A stretch of 64,000 nucleotides of DNA from Pirellulales bacterium. GTDB lineage: Bacteria > Planctomycetota > Planctomycetia > Pirellulales > PALSA-1355. Each line of letters begins with the position of its first letter. Positions within the stretch are counted from its first letter, which is position 1. This document shows, one piece after another, positions 1-10,994 of the stretch. A program made the translations under genes and the position numbers. A model generated the notes under the pieces. The model did not search any database and was not told the origin of the DNA. It saw only the letters and a program-made list of their open reading frames with translations. The stretch covers positions 672,001 to 736,000 of the forward strand of contig CAVTBU010000005.1 of NCBI GenBank assembly GCA_963733035.1. The letters are read 5' to 3'.

Positions 1-2
1 GT

Positions 3-365
3 CTGCCGGGCGACTTCACGCCACCGTCGCGGTTCGTGCGCGCGGTGGCCCTTAGCCAGTCGGCCGCGCCGGTTGATACCGGCGTGCAGGCTGTGCGTGA
101 GGCATTCCATATTCTCAACTCGTTCGACATTCCGCGCGGCGCCGTGCGTCCGGACGTAGCGGCCGATCAGCCGTACGATTGCACGCAGTGGACCAGCGCG
201 TGCGACTTGCAGGCCCTGACGTACTACTTCCACACGTACGGCAATCGCCGTGTGCGGTGCGTCGAACTGGCGAAATTCGACGCCAATTCTCCGCGGCCGG
301 TGACGATTCCGATTGACCAGGACAGCGGCATCGAATTTCTCGATCCGCCCCAGGAAACGCCGTAG
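3..365 (+). CDS. Choloylglycine hydrolase / linear amide C-N hydrolase family protein, 3' part (5' end outside window)
   Basis: Frame from nt 3 reads LPGDFTPPSRFVRA...AFHILNSFDIPRG...TQWTSACDL...YYFHTYGN, the conserved C-terminal motifs of CBAH/penicillin V acylase Ntn hydrolases. Confidence 0.85.
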   Translation: MPGDFTPPSRFVRAVALSQSAAPVDTGVQAVREAFHILNSFDIPRGAVRPDVAADQPYDCTQWTSACDLQALTYYFHTYGNRRVRCVELAKFDANSPRPVTIPIDQDSGIEFLDPPQETP

Positions 366-434
366 CGCGGGTATCCAGCTGGTGACTCCCGCCGGGGCCC
401 TGGGGGGTGGATTCCGCCGAGGGCCCCGGCGCCG

Positions 435-1009
435 TCAGTACATCCAAATTGGATAGTAGCGGACGAACGGTGCCACGCGCGAGGTCTCTTCCTTGAGAAG
501 CTCCAGTTCGTCGTTGAGCAAATCCACCTGCCAGGCGAGTTGCTGCTCGCGCGGAGCCTTGGACAGCGACTGTCCGCGTTGCCATTGCAACTGGGCGACC
601 TCGTGCGCAGACGGTAACGTTCGACGTCGACGGCGGGAACCGTTAGTTTGACGCGTCGATTGGCCGCCACGGCGTTCTTCCAGCGCGTGGTGGCTGATTG
701 AAAAGCGCTTTCGGCCCTGCGCAGCCAAACGGTGAACGGGTCGCTGGACGCCTCTCCAACCGCTTGCCGGAATTGGAGTTCGGCCGTCGCCACGTCGTTC
801 TTGAATTCTGCGACCACGCTGGCGGGCACGGTCCGGTCAAGCTTTTTGTTCATTTGATCGATCCGCTTCAGGTTGGCCTCGGCCAGCGCCAACCGGGTTC
901 TGGCATAGCGCAACTCGAGCGATTCTTCGGCCGCCGCCTCACGGGGTGCGGGGACAGGGGCCTGTGCGGTCCAGAGCAAGGCCGCGATCAGAAGCATTTC
1001 GCCGTGCAT
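435..1009 (-). CDS. Secreted coiled-coil hypothetical protein (frameshift near 605)
   Basis: ATG at 1009 after GGGAGG; signal-peptide-like MHGEMLLIAALLWTAQA; helical coiled-coil sequence continues in a second frame (AHEVAQLQWQRG...YYPIWMY) ending at 435. Confidence 0.55.
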
Positions 1010-1233
1010 TATTTGCCCTCCCAACGACTAGCAATTAGCGATGTTCATTCTAGTCGCCCGCGTCCATGGAGGGTTTGCTGGCTGTTAAAGCGTGCGTGTG
1101 AGAACGGTTGTCTTGGGTTTTTGTGTTGGACTGCGGAATTTGGAAAAGGTTGATCGGTCGCGTTTGCCAATCCGATACGGTAGCTGAAGGCTGTTTCGAT
1201 AAACTTTTCCGTCGCAGAGTCGAGGTCACTCTC

Positions 1234-2634
1234 TTGCAAGACATCCATCCAACTCCGACCCCCTCGAACGTGGCCAACGCCCGCCACTTTTTCGGTTTGG
1301 ACCTGAGCGGTTGGCTCGTGTTTGCAGTCGGCACGCTGATGACGCTGGGCGTCATCTACCTGGCGGTGGTCGAGCCGATGTCCCGCGAGTTCGGCCGCTT
1401 GCGGACGCAAATCCAGTCGCTTTCCAAAAACGTCGAGCAACTGACGGCCGAGCGCGACAACGTCGCCGCAACCAACTCGCTGCTGGCCGAGCTCGCAGAG
1501 CAAGGCCGCCGCAACCGCGAAGCGAGCGAGTCGCTCAGGCACATTAGCGCCCTGCACGAGCGACTCAACGCCCAGACCGCCCGGGCCGAAGAAGCCTTGG
1601 CCGTGATGGAAAAGATGGCCACCCTGCAAGACGGCCTGTTGGCTCGAAGCGAGAAAATGGGTCAAGCCGAGGAAGTGCTCGAAGCGATTGGTGCGCTACA
1701 CGGGCGTCTGATCGCGAAGCAGTACGCCACCGACGAGAGCCATCGGGCGGTCGATTCGCTCGACGAGCTGCGTGATCGGCTGATCGATGCGGAGCCGCGT
1801 ACCGAGGCGGCCGAGATTTGCGTGGATGACGTCGAGTCGCTCAAGAACCGCCTGATCTTCGAGCACCAGACGAACGAGGCCGCACTCGATAGCCTCAATT
1901 CGCTGGTCGACATGAAAGACATCATCTGGGACCAGCACCCACAGATGCCGTACGCCTTTAATGTGCTGGCCCAGCTGGTCAAGCTCAAGAACGGCCTCGT
2001 TGACGATAGCGCAGACCTCGTCGACGCTCAGCAGGTGCTCGATAATCTGTCGAGCATGCAACGAACGCTTGCCGAATCGAGTGTCGAGGTTTGCCAGGCT
2101 CGCGACAACGCGAACCAGTTGCTGAGCATCTCGGATAACCTGCTTTGCCGCGGTTCCAACTCGGAAGTGGCCGAGAACTCGCTCGAGCGGCTGATCGCAA
2201 TCCGTCAGCGCCTTGACGATCAGGGCCAGGGTATCGAACTGGCCGAAGAGCGAGTGGCCCAGCTCATCGATCTTAAGGACCGCTCCATCTCGCAAACCGC
2301 CGACGTGGCCGCGTCGATCGAAAGCCTCGAGTTAATGGCTGACGTTCGCGATCAAATGCAGCAAATGGCACAGACCTTTGCCCGGATGCGGAATTGGGTG
2401 GTCGAGATCGTGGCATTCGAGCCAGTGATCAGCCGGGCTATGCGAACGTTGCAACCGCTGGTGCAAATGGGCAACCTGCGTCACATGGACGCGGCCGAAC
2501 TTCGACAAGTGCTTCGCACGATGAGCGAGCGCAACGACATGCAGTACGGCGGATCCATCAAGTCCGACCCGACTGCCGCCACGGAAGCGCCGGCCTCGGT
2601 TCCGGCGATCAACGACGCGGCGCTGGCCCAATAA
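1234..2634 (+). CDS. Membrane-anchored long coiled-coil hypothetical protein
   Basis: One N-terminal TM (GWLVFAVGTLMTLGVIYLAVV) followed by ~400 aa of heptad-rich helix; TTG start after GAGG is my choice (ORF open from 1108). Confidence 0.7.
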   Translation: MQDIHPTPTPSNVANARHFFGLDLSGWLVFAVGTLMTLGVIYLAVVEPMSREFGRLRTQIQSLSKNVEQLTAERDNVAATNSLLAELAEQGRRNREASESLRHISALHERLNAQTARAEEALAVMEKMATLQDGLLARSEKMGQAEEVLEAIGALHGRLIAKQYATDESHRAVDSLDELRDRLIDAEPRTEAAEICVDDVESLKNRLIFEHQTNEAALDSLNSLVDMKDIIWDQHPQMPYAFNVLAQLVKLKNGLVDDSADLVDAQQVLDNLSSMQRTLAESSVEVCQARDNANQLLSISDNLLCRGSNSEVAENSLERLIAIRQRLDDQGQGIELAEERVAQLIDLKDRSISQTADVAASIESLELMADVRDQMQQMAQTFARMRNWVVEIVAFEPVISRAMRTLQPLVQMGNLRHMDAAELRQVLRTMSERNDMQYGGSIKSDPTAATEAPASVPAINDAALAQ

Positions 2635-2652
2635 GACGACAATACGAACCGA

Positions 2653-2690
2653 AAAGTCCGGGGGGAAGAATTTTCCCTCCGGACTTTCTT
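2653..2690. terminator. Probable bidirectional intrinsic terminator
   Basis: AAAGTCCGGGGGGAA / TTCCCTCCGGACTTT stem between two convergent genes, flanked by A and T tracts. Confidence 0.6.
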
Positions 2691-2724
2691 GTTGAGCCCG
2701 GTTTTTTGTGCTGAAGGGGATGAA

Positions 2725-3018
2725 TCAGGACGCATGCTGACGTTGCTGTTCGGCGGTCAAATCCATCAGGTGCCGGGCGACGGCCGCGAGCGTGGGCGTT
2801 TCATAAACCCACCAGTCGAGGTCCTTGATCTCGAGGCCGAACATCCGCTCGACCTCGCACAAGAACTCGATGCCTTCAAGTGAACTCAAGCCGGCTCCGA
2901 CGGCGAAAAGTTGATCGTCGCCGTTCAGAAATGAATGCACATCGAAACGCTCGGCCAACAGGTTTCGCAAGGCCTCCATGGTACGTTCCAATCCGAGTTG
3001 TGCCGCGTCCAATGGCAT
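2725..3018 (-). CDS. Acyl carrier protein (phosphopantetheine-binding domain)
   Basis: 97 aa, acidic; DDQLFAVGAGLSSLEGIEFLCEVERMFGLEI...TPTLAAVA matches the ACP pattern; GAGGAGG RBS upstream. Confidence 0.7.
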   Translation of the reverse strand: MPLDAAQLGLERTMEALRNLLAERFDVHSFLNGDDQLFAVGAGLSSLEGIEFLCEVERMFGLEIKDLDWWVYETPTLAAVARHLMDLTAEQQRQHAS

Positions 3019-3324
3019 CACGTCATCCTCCTCTGCCGTGCGCGAGCGTGTGTCCGAACATATTAATTCTATCAGCCCTGCCAACCGACGTACATGAAAG
3101 GAATGCGTTGCCAGATGCCGAGAGTTGCAACCTTTGCCCACGCACGATGAAGGTGGCGAGGGGGAGCGAAGCCTTGATGGCCGCGCTGGTCAGCTAGCAA
3201 TCCGGGGAGCGGGCAATCCGACCGTGAGGGTTAGGCAAACTTGACGATGTTACAGAGCACCGATAGATTGACCCACTTCGTGCCGCAAGCGGCACCACGT
3301 CACCGCGTTACCGTCTGGAATGGC

Positions 3325-4452
3325 ATGTCAAATCTGCTCGTTACCCCCGTTACGACGCGGGCCCAGCAAAAGCAATTCATCAACTTGCCCTGGACGCTTT
3401 ACGCCGGTGACCCGAACTGGGTGCCTCCCCTGCTGATGGAGCACAAGCGGCTGCTGGGGTTCAAGCATCACCCGTTCTACGAGGACGGCGCGATTCGGAC
3501 CTTTCTGGCCAGCCGGAACGGCCAAGTGGTGGGCCGCATCGCCGCGATCGTCAACAATGCTCACAATCGGCGAGCCGAGGAGAAGCGAGGTTTTTTCGGC
3601 TTCTTCGAATCCATTGACGATCAACAGGTGGCCGACGCGCTGTTTGATGCCGCCGCCAACTGGCTGAAAGACCAGGGCATGACCGCGGTCCGCGGTCCGA
3701 CAAATCCCTCGCTAAACTACGAGGTCGGGTTGCTGGTCGAGGGATTTCACTCCCCCCCTACATTCATGATGACCTACAATAAGCCGTACTACGGCAAATT
3801 GGTCGAAGGCTGGGGCCTGAAGAAGGTGCAAGACCTTTACGCCTTCTGGGGACACATCGACATGATCTCGGGGCTCGACCGCAAGCTGTGGTTCATCGCC
3901 AACGAAGCGAAAGAACGATTCAACGTCAAGATTCGCCCCATGGACACTCGCCGCTTCCGCGAGGAAGTGGAAATGTTCCTGCACGTTTACAACGCCTCGC
4001 TTGTTGGCACGTGGGGCTTCGCGCCCATGTCCACCGCCGAAGTCAAGGAGCAGGCCAAGGGGCTCAAGATGCTGATCGCTCCGGAACTGGCCATCGTCGC
4101 CGAGGTCGACGGCGAACCGATCGGAGCGTGCCTGGGCCTGCTCGACTACAACCCACGCATCAAGGCCATCGGCGGACGCCTGTTTCCCTTCGGCTTCATT
4201 CGACTGCTCCGCAACAAACACTCGATCAAGAAAATGCGGGTCATCAGCATCAACGTGCTGCCCGAATACCAGCGGTGGGGCCTGGGCGTGGTGCTGCTGG
4301 GCGGTCTGATCGAGCCCATTCAGAAATGGGGGATGCACGAGGCGGAATTCTCGTGGGTGCTGGAGTCGAATACGCTCTCACGTGGCAGCCTCGAAAAGGG
4401 AGGCGCGCGGCTCGACAAGACCTATCGCCTCTACGACCGCGAATTGGCCTAG
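3325..4452 (+). CDS. YghO-like GNAT N-acyltransferase (bacterial ceramide synthase-like family)
   Basis: FINLPWTLY.GDPNWVPPL, VGRIAA, GFFGFFE, RGP.NPS.NYEVGLLVEGF, YNKPYY, VLPEYQRWGLG, EFSWVLESN, KTYRLY. Confidence 0.8.
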   Translation: MSNLLVTPVTTRAQQKQFINLPWTLYAGDPNWVPPLLMEHKRLLGFKHHPFYEDGAIRTFLASRNGQVVGRIAAIVNNAHNRRAEEKRGFFGFFESIDDQQVADALFDAAANWLKDQGMTAVRGPTNPSLNYEVGLLVEGFHSPPTFMMTYNKPYYGKLVEGWGLKKVQDLYAFWGHIDMISGLDRKLWFIANEAKERFNVKIRPMDTRRFREEVEMFLHVYNASLVGTWGFAPMSTAEVKEQAKGLKMLIAPELAIVAEVDGEPIGACLGLLDYNPRIKAIGGRLFPFGFIRLLRNKHSIKKMRVISINVLPEYQRWGLGVVLLGGLIEPIQKWGMHEAEFSWVLESNTLSRGSLEKGGARLDKTYRLYDRELA

Positions 4453-4668
4453 CAAGGAATCGTGTCGCGTGGCACGGAAGGCGATCGCGCCGCGAATGTA
4501 CGAATCGTGCCGGTTGCACCATTGGTGAAGATCGTTCGCACGCGCTTCGGCGCCGCTCGGCGCAACCTACCTTTTCTGTGTGGACGGCGCGGACCGTCGC
4601 TTTATATTGCGGTTGAAGATTCTCTCGACACGCTGTTCATCTGGCGCCGCGGCGGCGCAGGCCGGCAA

Positions 4669-6132
4669 ATGGAATTCGTCTCCTTCCTGGTCAAAGAGTT
4701 CTGGGAGTTGTGGCCACATCTGGTCGCCACAACGGCGTTCGTGCTCATGGTCGCGGCATCGGCGCACCTGGTGATGTATAAGAAGGATACCCGCGCCGCG
4801 ATCGGTTGGATCGGCGTGGTGGTGATGGTGCCGATTTTTGGGCGCTGCTCTACGCCGTGCTGGGCATCAACCGCTTGCAGCGGCGAGCGATCAACTTGCG
4901 GGCCGGCTCCGCCGGGCGCCCGGGTAGCGCGCCCGCTACGTCGCCGACCGCCACTGCGTCCTCAGGACCCTGCCCGACGCGCGGCACCTGGCGAGCCTCG
5001 AACATCTGATTGCCCAACTGACCGGGCGCCCCTGCTCTACGGCAACCAGATCAAACCGTTGGTCAACGGCGAGCAGGCCTATCCTGAAATGCTGGAGGCG
5101 ATCGACAAGGCCGAGCATTCGGTGGCACTGAGCACCTACATCTTCGACAACGATCGGGCCGGGGCGCTGTTTGCCGATGCCCTCGAGAGGGCCGTCGTTC
5201 GCGGCGTCGAAGTCCGGGTGATTATCGACGCGGTCGGTTCGCGTTATACGTTTCCCTCCATCGTTGGCAATTTGCAACAGCGCGGCATACGGGTCGAGCG
5301 GTTTCTGCCGACACTCGTGCCAGCGCGATTTTCCTACTCCAACTTGCGAAGCCACCGCAAGATTCTGGTAATCGACGGACGGGTGGGATTCACCGGCGGA
5401 CTCAACATTCGCGAGGGCCACGATGCGCGGTTCAATCCCACGCATCCGATTCAGGACCATCATTTTCGCATCGAAGGCCCCGTCGTCGCGCAACTGCAGG
5501 AAGTATTTGCCGAGGACTGGGCTTTTTGCGCCAACGAAGTTCTCAGCAGCGAGATCTGGTTTCCGGTGCTCGAGCCCAAGGGGGACGCATTGGCTCGTGG
5601 TATTTCCGCGGGTCCGGATGGCGATTTGGACAAACTGCGTTTGACGCTGGAAGGAGCGTTGGCCTGCGCGGAATCAAGCGTCTGTATTCTCACGCCCTAT
5701 TTTTTGCCAGAAGCAGCGCTTATCTCGGCGCTCAACGTAGCCGCGCTCAGGGGCGTGCAAGTCGACATCATCCTGCCCGAGGCAAACAACCTGACGTTGG
5801 TTAAATGGGCTTCGACGGCCCAACTTTGGCAGGTACTTCAGCGGGGCTGTCGCGTATGGATGACGCCCCCGCCGTTCGATCACACCAAGTTAATGGTCAT
5901 CGACGGCACTTGGGTTTTGTTTGGCTCGGGTAACTGGGATCCTCGCAGCCTGCGGCTGAACTTCGAGTTCGACGTCGAATGCTACGATCGCAACCTGGCG
6001 GCGCAGGCCTACCAGCTTTGCGTGCAAAAGCGCGAAAAAGCCCGTGAGGTTACGCTGGCCGAAGTCGATGGACGAAGCATCCCCATCCGCCTTCGCGACG
6101 GCTTGGCCCGGTTGCTGACGCCGTATCTCTAA
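4669..6132 (+). CDS. cls: Cardiolipin synthase (PLD superfamily), with compensating frameshifts at ~4840-5000
   Basis: Two HKD motifs (RSHRKILVIDG, HTKLMVIDG), GSGNWDPRSLRLNFE; N-terminal PLDc_N TM hairpin, whose ALLYAVLGINR segment lies in another frame. Confidence 0.85.
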   Translation: MEFVSFLVKEFWELWPHLVATTAFVLMVAASAHLVMYKKDTRAAIGWIGVVVMVPIFGRCSTPCWASTACSGERSTCGPAPPGARVARPLRRRPPLRPQDPARRAAPGEPRTSDCPTDRAPLLYGNQIKPLVNGEQAYPEMLEAIDKAEHSVALSTYIFDNDRAGALFADALERAVVRGVEVRVIIDAVGSRYTFPSIVGNLQQRGIRVERFLPTLVPARFSYSNLRSHRKILVIDGRVGFTGGLNIREGHDARFNPTHPIQDHHFRIEGPVVAQLQEVFAEDWAFCANEVLSSEIWFPVLEPKGDALARGISAGPDGDLDKLRLTLEGALACAESSVCILTPYFLPEAALISALNVAALRGVQVDIILPEANNLTLVKWASTAQLWQVLQRGCRVWMTPPPFDHTKLMVIDGTWVLFGSGNWDPRSLRLNFEFDVECYDRNLAAQAYQLCVQKREKAREVTLAEVDGRSIPIRLRDGLARLLTPYL

Positions 6133-6305
6133 AGGTCGCGCGTTCAGACGCCACGAAGACGGCTGGTGGAAAGCGGGCAGGTTTGACCCAAACGCGGTGG
6201 GTTACTATATTCGAGGGACGAGCAAACCGGTTGCCAGTCCTACGTTTACGTGGCTGCAACACCCGCCGATTGCCCCGCCGAATTCATCGCTCGCTGGGAG
6301 TCGTG

Positions 6306-9300
6306 ATGCTGCGAACGTACTCCAATTGTGCTCTTGCCTGTTTGCTTGCGCTGGGCGTCCTTTCGAGCTCCGGCCTGGCGGCCGACAATCAGTTCGACCC
6401 CGCGGCGGTCGAGTTCTTCGAGAAGCAGGTTCGTCCGATTCTGGTGGCGCGTTGCCACGAATGCCATGTCGGCGCCGAGGCCAAGGGAAGTTTGCGGCTC
6501 GACTCGCGCGCGGCAATCGTTACCGGTGGAGACACGGGGCCGGCCATCGTCGCCGGCAAACCCGACGAAAGCCTGCTGGTCGACGCCGTGCGTTATGGCG
6601 ACATCTATCAGATGCCACCCACATCGCAGCTTCCGACCGAGGAAATCAAAACCCTGGAAGCCTGGGTCAAGCTCGGAGCCCCATGGGGCTCCGAGACGGC
6701 CGAAGCGGTCGTGGCGTCGGCGAAAGAGTTCGATCTTGCCGCTCGATCGAATCACTGGAGCCTGCAGGCAATTGGCAATCCCAAGCCCCCAACGGTCAAG
6801 AACACAAGCTGGGTGAAAACGCCCGTCGACCGTTTTCTGTTGGCCAAGCTAGAAGCGGCCGGGATGAATCCGGCGCCGGCGGCCGACCGCCGAGCGCTAC
6901 TACGGAGAGTGACGTACGACCTGACGGGTTTGCCGCCGACCGCGGCCGAAATCGAGGCGTTCGTGGCGGACGCGTCACGCGGCGCCTACGAAAAGGTCGT
7001 CAATCGCTTGCTGGCGTCGCCACGTTACGGCGAGCGTTGGGCTCGGCATTGGCTCGACCTGGTCCGCTTCGCGGAAACGCAAGGACACGAATTCGACTTT
7101 GAAATCCCTGGTGCCTATCGCTACCGCGACTACGTTATCCGCGCGTTGAATGCCGATTTGCCGTACGATCAGTTCGTCGTCGAGCACGTTGCCGGCGACC
7201 TGCTTCCCCAGCCGCGACGCAATCCGCGCGACGGCTCGAATGAATCGGTGATCGCCACCGGCTGGTATTTCTTCGGGGAGGCCGTACATTCGCCGGTCGA
7301 TGTTCGCGCCGACGAGGCGACGCGGATGGACAACCAGATCGACGTGTTTGCCAAGACGTTTCTCGGCCTGACGGTGAGCTGTGCGCGCTGCCACGATCAC
7401 AAGTTCGATGCCATCTCGACAAAAGACTACTACGCGCTGGCCGGGTACCTGCAAAGCTCGCGCTATCAACAGGCGTATATCGATCGAACCGAGACCCTGC
7501 AATCCACCATCGAACAGTTGCGGGCTATTCAGGCGGAACGTCGCGACGCGATCGTGGCGTTCATTCGCAACACTATTTTCCCCCGCCTGGCCGAGATGGC
7601 CAACACGCTGGTTCATGCAGACTCGGAAACATTCGACAAGGAGGATCACACCCAGAAGTACGATTTGTTTTATCCCTGGGTTGAGGTGTCCAAGTCTGGC
7701 ACGGAAGCTTCGGCCGACGACTTCTCTCGACAGCGATTGGAACTGTTGGCGTCACTTTCGGCTGTAGGCGGCGAAAAGTCGGCCGCCGGTCAGCCGCTGG
7801 ATTTTGGCGGCCAAGGGTTTAACGCCTGGACGGCCACGGGCTGGGCATTTGCCGATGGTCCGGCGCTGCCCTTGGAATGGGCATCTGCCGCCACGCAGGG
7901 CCGTTTTCCGGGCCAGCTGCTCGCGGCGCCAACGGCACATAGCGGACGGCTCTCGCCGAAGCTGCGCGGTGTGCTTCATTCGCCGACATTTGAGATCACC
8001 GGCCCCAAACTCTGGTACCGCCTGCACGGCGACGGCGGTCGCGTGCGGCTGATCATTGACGGATTTCAACTGATCCGCAATCCGATTTACGGCGGTTTGG
8101 AATTTCCGCCTGGTGGAACCGAGCCGCATTGGCATCAGCAGGACCTGAGCAAATGGGTGGGACACCGCGCTTACATCGAGTTGGTGGATGACGGTGACGG
8201 ATATTTGGCGCTCGAGCAAGTTAGGTTCGCCGAACATCAGCCGCAAGCCATGGCGCCGAATCAGCTGATCCTCAAGATGCTTGACGATCGCTCGCTGATC
8301 TCCTCGCGACTGTTGGCCGCCAAATACCAGCTGATGTTCGAACAAGTCCTCGAAGATTGGCTGACCGAGAGTCCAACGGCTCCGGCCGAGGCGGCCGACC
8401 GAGCGGCCATTGTCGACTGGATTCTGAACCAACAACTTCTCGACCCGAAAGGGACGCAGGCCGAGGCGACTTCCTTTCATCAATCGCTGTCCGCGCTCGA
8501 CCAACGCCAACGGGAGCTCGAAGCCACGATTCAACCTCCACGCACGGCGCCGGCGATTGCCGATGGAACCAGCGAGAACGAGCATGTATTCATCAGGGGC
8601 AATCACAAGACGCTCGGGGCGGAGGTGCCGCGGCGATTTCTGGAAGTCCTCGGCGGCCGCGAACACGAGCCGCCCGCGAAGGGTAGCGGTCGATTGGAAC
8701 TTGCCCGGCAAATGGTTTCGCCCACCTCGTGTCCGCTGGTGCCGCGGGTAATTGTCAATCGGCTCTGGCATCATCATTTTGGCTCGGGACTCGTCCGTTC
8801 GCCGGACAATTTTGGCGCGATGGGCCAACCGCCGACGCATCCAGAATTGCTCGACTTCCTGGCGAGCGAACTCGTCGAACACGGTTGGTCGCTCAAGCAC
8901 GTGCATCGGCTGATGGTGCTTTCGAGCGCCTATCAAATGTCGAGCCACGTCGATCCGGTCACCGATGCGGCCGATCCGCAGAACAAGCTTTGGCATCGCA
9001 TGGCAGTACGGCGTCTGGAAGCCGAAAGTGTCCGGGACGCGCTGCTGGCCGTTTCCGGCAAGCTCGACCAGCGGATGTACGGGCCGGGCGTGATGCCGTA
9101 TTTGACAGAGTTCATGGTTGGCCGCGGACGGCCCAACCAATCGGGCCCGCTCGACGGCGACGGCCGGCGCAGTATTTACCTGAACGTCCGCCGCAACTTC
9201 CTCTCGCCCATGTTCCTGGCGTTCGACTATCCGACGCCGTTCACCACGATCGGCCGCCGTGGAACATCAAACGTTCCAGCGCAGGCGCTGACCATGATGA

Positions 9301-9533
9301 ACAACCCACTGGTGATCGAGCAGGCCGGCCACTGGGCGGATCGCGTGCTTGCCATGCCGGCCCGTTCGCCTGAAGAGCGGATTGGGCGCATGTATCTGAC
9401 GGCATTTGGCCGCCCGCCGGAAGATTCGGAATTGCAGGCCGGCCTGGAGTTTGTGCAGCCAAATGATCGACAGGCGTGGGCGGACCTGGCGCACGTGTTG
9501 TTCAACGTCAAAGAGTTCATCTACATCCCCTAG
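6306..9533 (+). CDS. Planctomycete cytochrome c domain + DUF1549 + DUF1553 protein
   Basis: FFEKQVRPILVARCHECH; LLRRVTYDLTGLPP; YGERWARHWLDLVRFAET; CARCHDHKFD; SGRLELA, VNRLWHHHFG, PTHPELLDFLA, RRLEAESVRD, PAQAL. Confidence 0.92.
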   Translation: MLRTYSNCALACLLALGVLSSSGLAADNQFDPAAVEFFEKQVRPILVARCHECHVGAEAKGSLRLDSRAAIVTGGDTGPAIVAGKPDESLLVDAVRYGDIYQMPPTSQLPTEEIKTLEAWVKLGAPWGSETAEAVVASAKEFDLAARSNHWSLQAIGNPKPPTVKNTSWVKTPVDRFLLAKLEAAGMNPAPAADRRALLRRVTYDLTGLPPTAAEIEAFVADASRGAYEKVVNRLLASPRYGERWARHWLDLVRFAETQGHEFDFEIPGAYRYRDYVIRALNADLPYDQFVVEHVAGDLLPQPRRNPRDGSNESVIATGWYFFGEAVHSPVDVRADEATRMDNQIDVFAKTFLGLTVSCARCHDHKFDAISTKDYYALAGYLQSSRYQQAYIDRTETLQSTIEQLRAIQAERRDAIVAFIRNTIFPRLAEMANTLVHADSETFDKEDHTQKYDLFYPWVEVSKSGTEASADDFSRQRLELLASLSAVGGEKSAAGQPLDFGGQGFNAWTATGWAFADGPALPLEWASAATQGRFPGQLLAAPTAHSGRLSPKLRGVLHSPTFEITGPKLWYRLHGDGGRVRLIIDGFQLIRNPIYGGLEFPPGGTEPHWHQQDLSKWVGHRAYIELVDDGDGYLALEQVRFAEHQPQAMAPNQLILKMLDDRSLISSRLLAAKYQLMFEQVLEDWLTESPTAPAEAADRAAIVDWILNQQLLDPKGTQAEATSFHQSLSALDQRQRELEATIQPPRTAPAIADGTSENEHVFIRGNHKTLGAEVPRRFLEVLGGREHEPPAKGSGRLELARQMVSPTSCPLVPRVIVNRLWHHHFGSGLVRSPDNFGAMGQPPTHPELLDFLASELVEHGWSLKHVHRLMVLSSAYQMSSHVDPVTDAADPQNKLWHRMAVRRLEAESVRDALLAVSGKLDQRMYGPGVMPYLTEFMVGRGRPNQSGPLDGDGRRSIYLNVRRNFLSPMFLAFDYPTPFTTIGRRGTSNVPAQALTMMNNPLVIEQAGHWADRVLAMPARSPEERIGRMYLTAFGRPPEDSELQAGLEFVQPNDRQAWADLAHVLFNVKEFIYIP

Positions 9534-9548
9534 CCACGAGCGGATTTC

Positions 9549-10974
9549 ATGCACTGCGGTCGATTCACCAGCGCGCCAATATCCCGCCGCGAGATGCTTG
9601 CGCGCGCGGCGAGCGGGTTTGGCGCGGTGGCGTTGGCCGCCCTGGCCCAGCAGCCGGCGTTTGGTGCGATTGCGTCCGACCGGCGTACGAATCCGCTGGC
9701 TCCCCAGGCCACGCATTTTGCCGCGCGCCAAGAACGTGATTTTTTTGTTCATGGACGGCGGCGTTTCGCAGGTCGACACGTTTGATCCCAAGCCGCGGCT
9801 CGATCGCGAGAACGGACAAGCAATTCAGGCCAAGGTGCAGCCCACGCAGTTCGACAATGTCGGCAAGGTGCTGGGCAGCCCCTGGAAGTTCAAGCAATAC
9901 GGCCAGAGCGGCATTCCGGTGAGCGACCTGTTTCCTCACGTCGCCACGTGCATCGACGATTTGGCGATCGTGCGGTCGATGGTGTCCAACTTCTCAGAAC
10001 ACACCAGCGCCAACTACTTCATCCACACGGGCAACGGGCAGCAGGGACGTCCAAGCATGGGCTCCTGGGTCACCTATGGCCTGGGAAGCGAGTGTCAGAA
10101 TTTGCCAGGGTTCGTGGTGCTGAACAGCGGCATGATACCGCCGGGTGGTTGGGACTGCTTCGGCAGCGGTTTTCTGCCGGCGACCTACCAAGGGTCGTCG
10201 TTTCACAAGGGCCAACACCCGGTAGCCGACCTGGCCCGGCAAGAAACGAGCGACACCCAACAGCGCCGCAAGCTCGCCTTGATGCGCACGCTCGACCGCT
10301 CAAACCTCGCGCGCACGGGGCCGGACGACAAGCTCGAAAGCGCGATCGCCAACTACGAGCTCGCGTTCCGCATGCAGGCGGCCGTGCCCGAACTGATGGA
10401 TTTGGTCGATGAGACTCCCGCAACGCAGGCGCTCTACGGTCTCGATGATCCGGCCACCGAAGCCTACGGCCGGCAATGCCTGGTGGCGCGGCGGCTGGTG
10501 GAACGGGGTGTGCGATTCGTCGAGCTGCTGTGTCAAAACTTGGGTCACGACCGCTGGGACCAGCACAGTAATCTGAAGGAAGGTCATGCCGACAACGCCC
10601 GTGCGACGGACAAACCAATCGCCGGACTGCTCAAAGACTTGAAGCAACGCGGATTGCTCGACGAAACGCTGGTCGTTTGGGCGGGTGAATTCGGGCGTAC
10701 GCCGATGGCCCAGGGCACAAACGGCCGCGATCACAACCCCTTCGGATTCAGTATTTGGCTGGCCGGCGGCGGCATCAAAGGGGGCACCATCTACGGAGCG
10801 ACCGACGACTACGGCTACTACGCCATCGAAAACAAGACCGAGGTGCACGACTTGCATGCCACGATGCTGCACCTGCTGGGCATCGATCACACCCGGCTGA
10901 CGATGCGTTTTGGCGGCCGCGATATGCGGCTCACGGACGTGCACGGAAACGTCCTTCACGAAATTATCGGCTAG
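9549..10974 (+). CDS. DUF1501 domain protein (Tat-like leader; frameshift near 9720)
   Basis: SRREMLAR leader in one frame, then AKNVIFLFMDGGVSQVDTFDPKP, RPSMGSWVTYGLG, ARRLVERGVRFV, GEFGRTP, GRDH, VHDLHATMLHLLG; the usual partner of DUF1553. Confidence 0.9.
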
Positions 10975-10994
10975 CAACTGGCATTTAACTCGCA

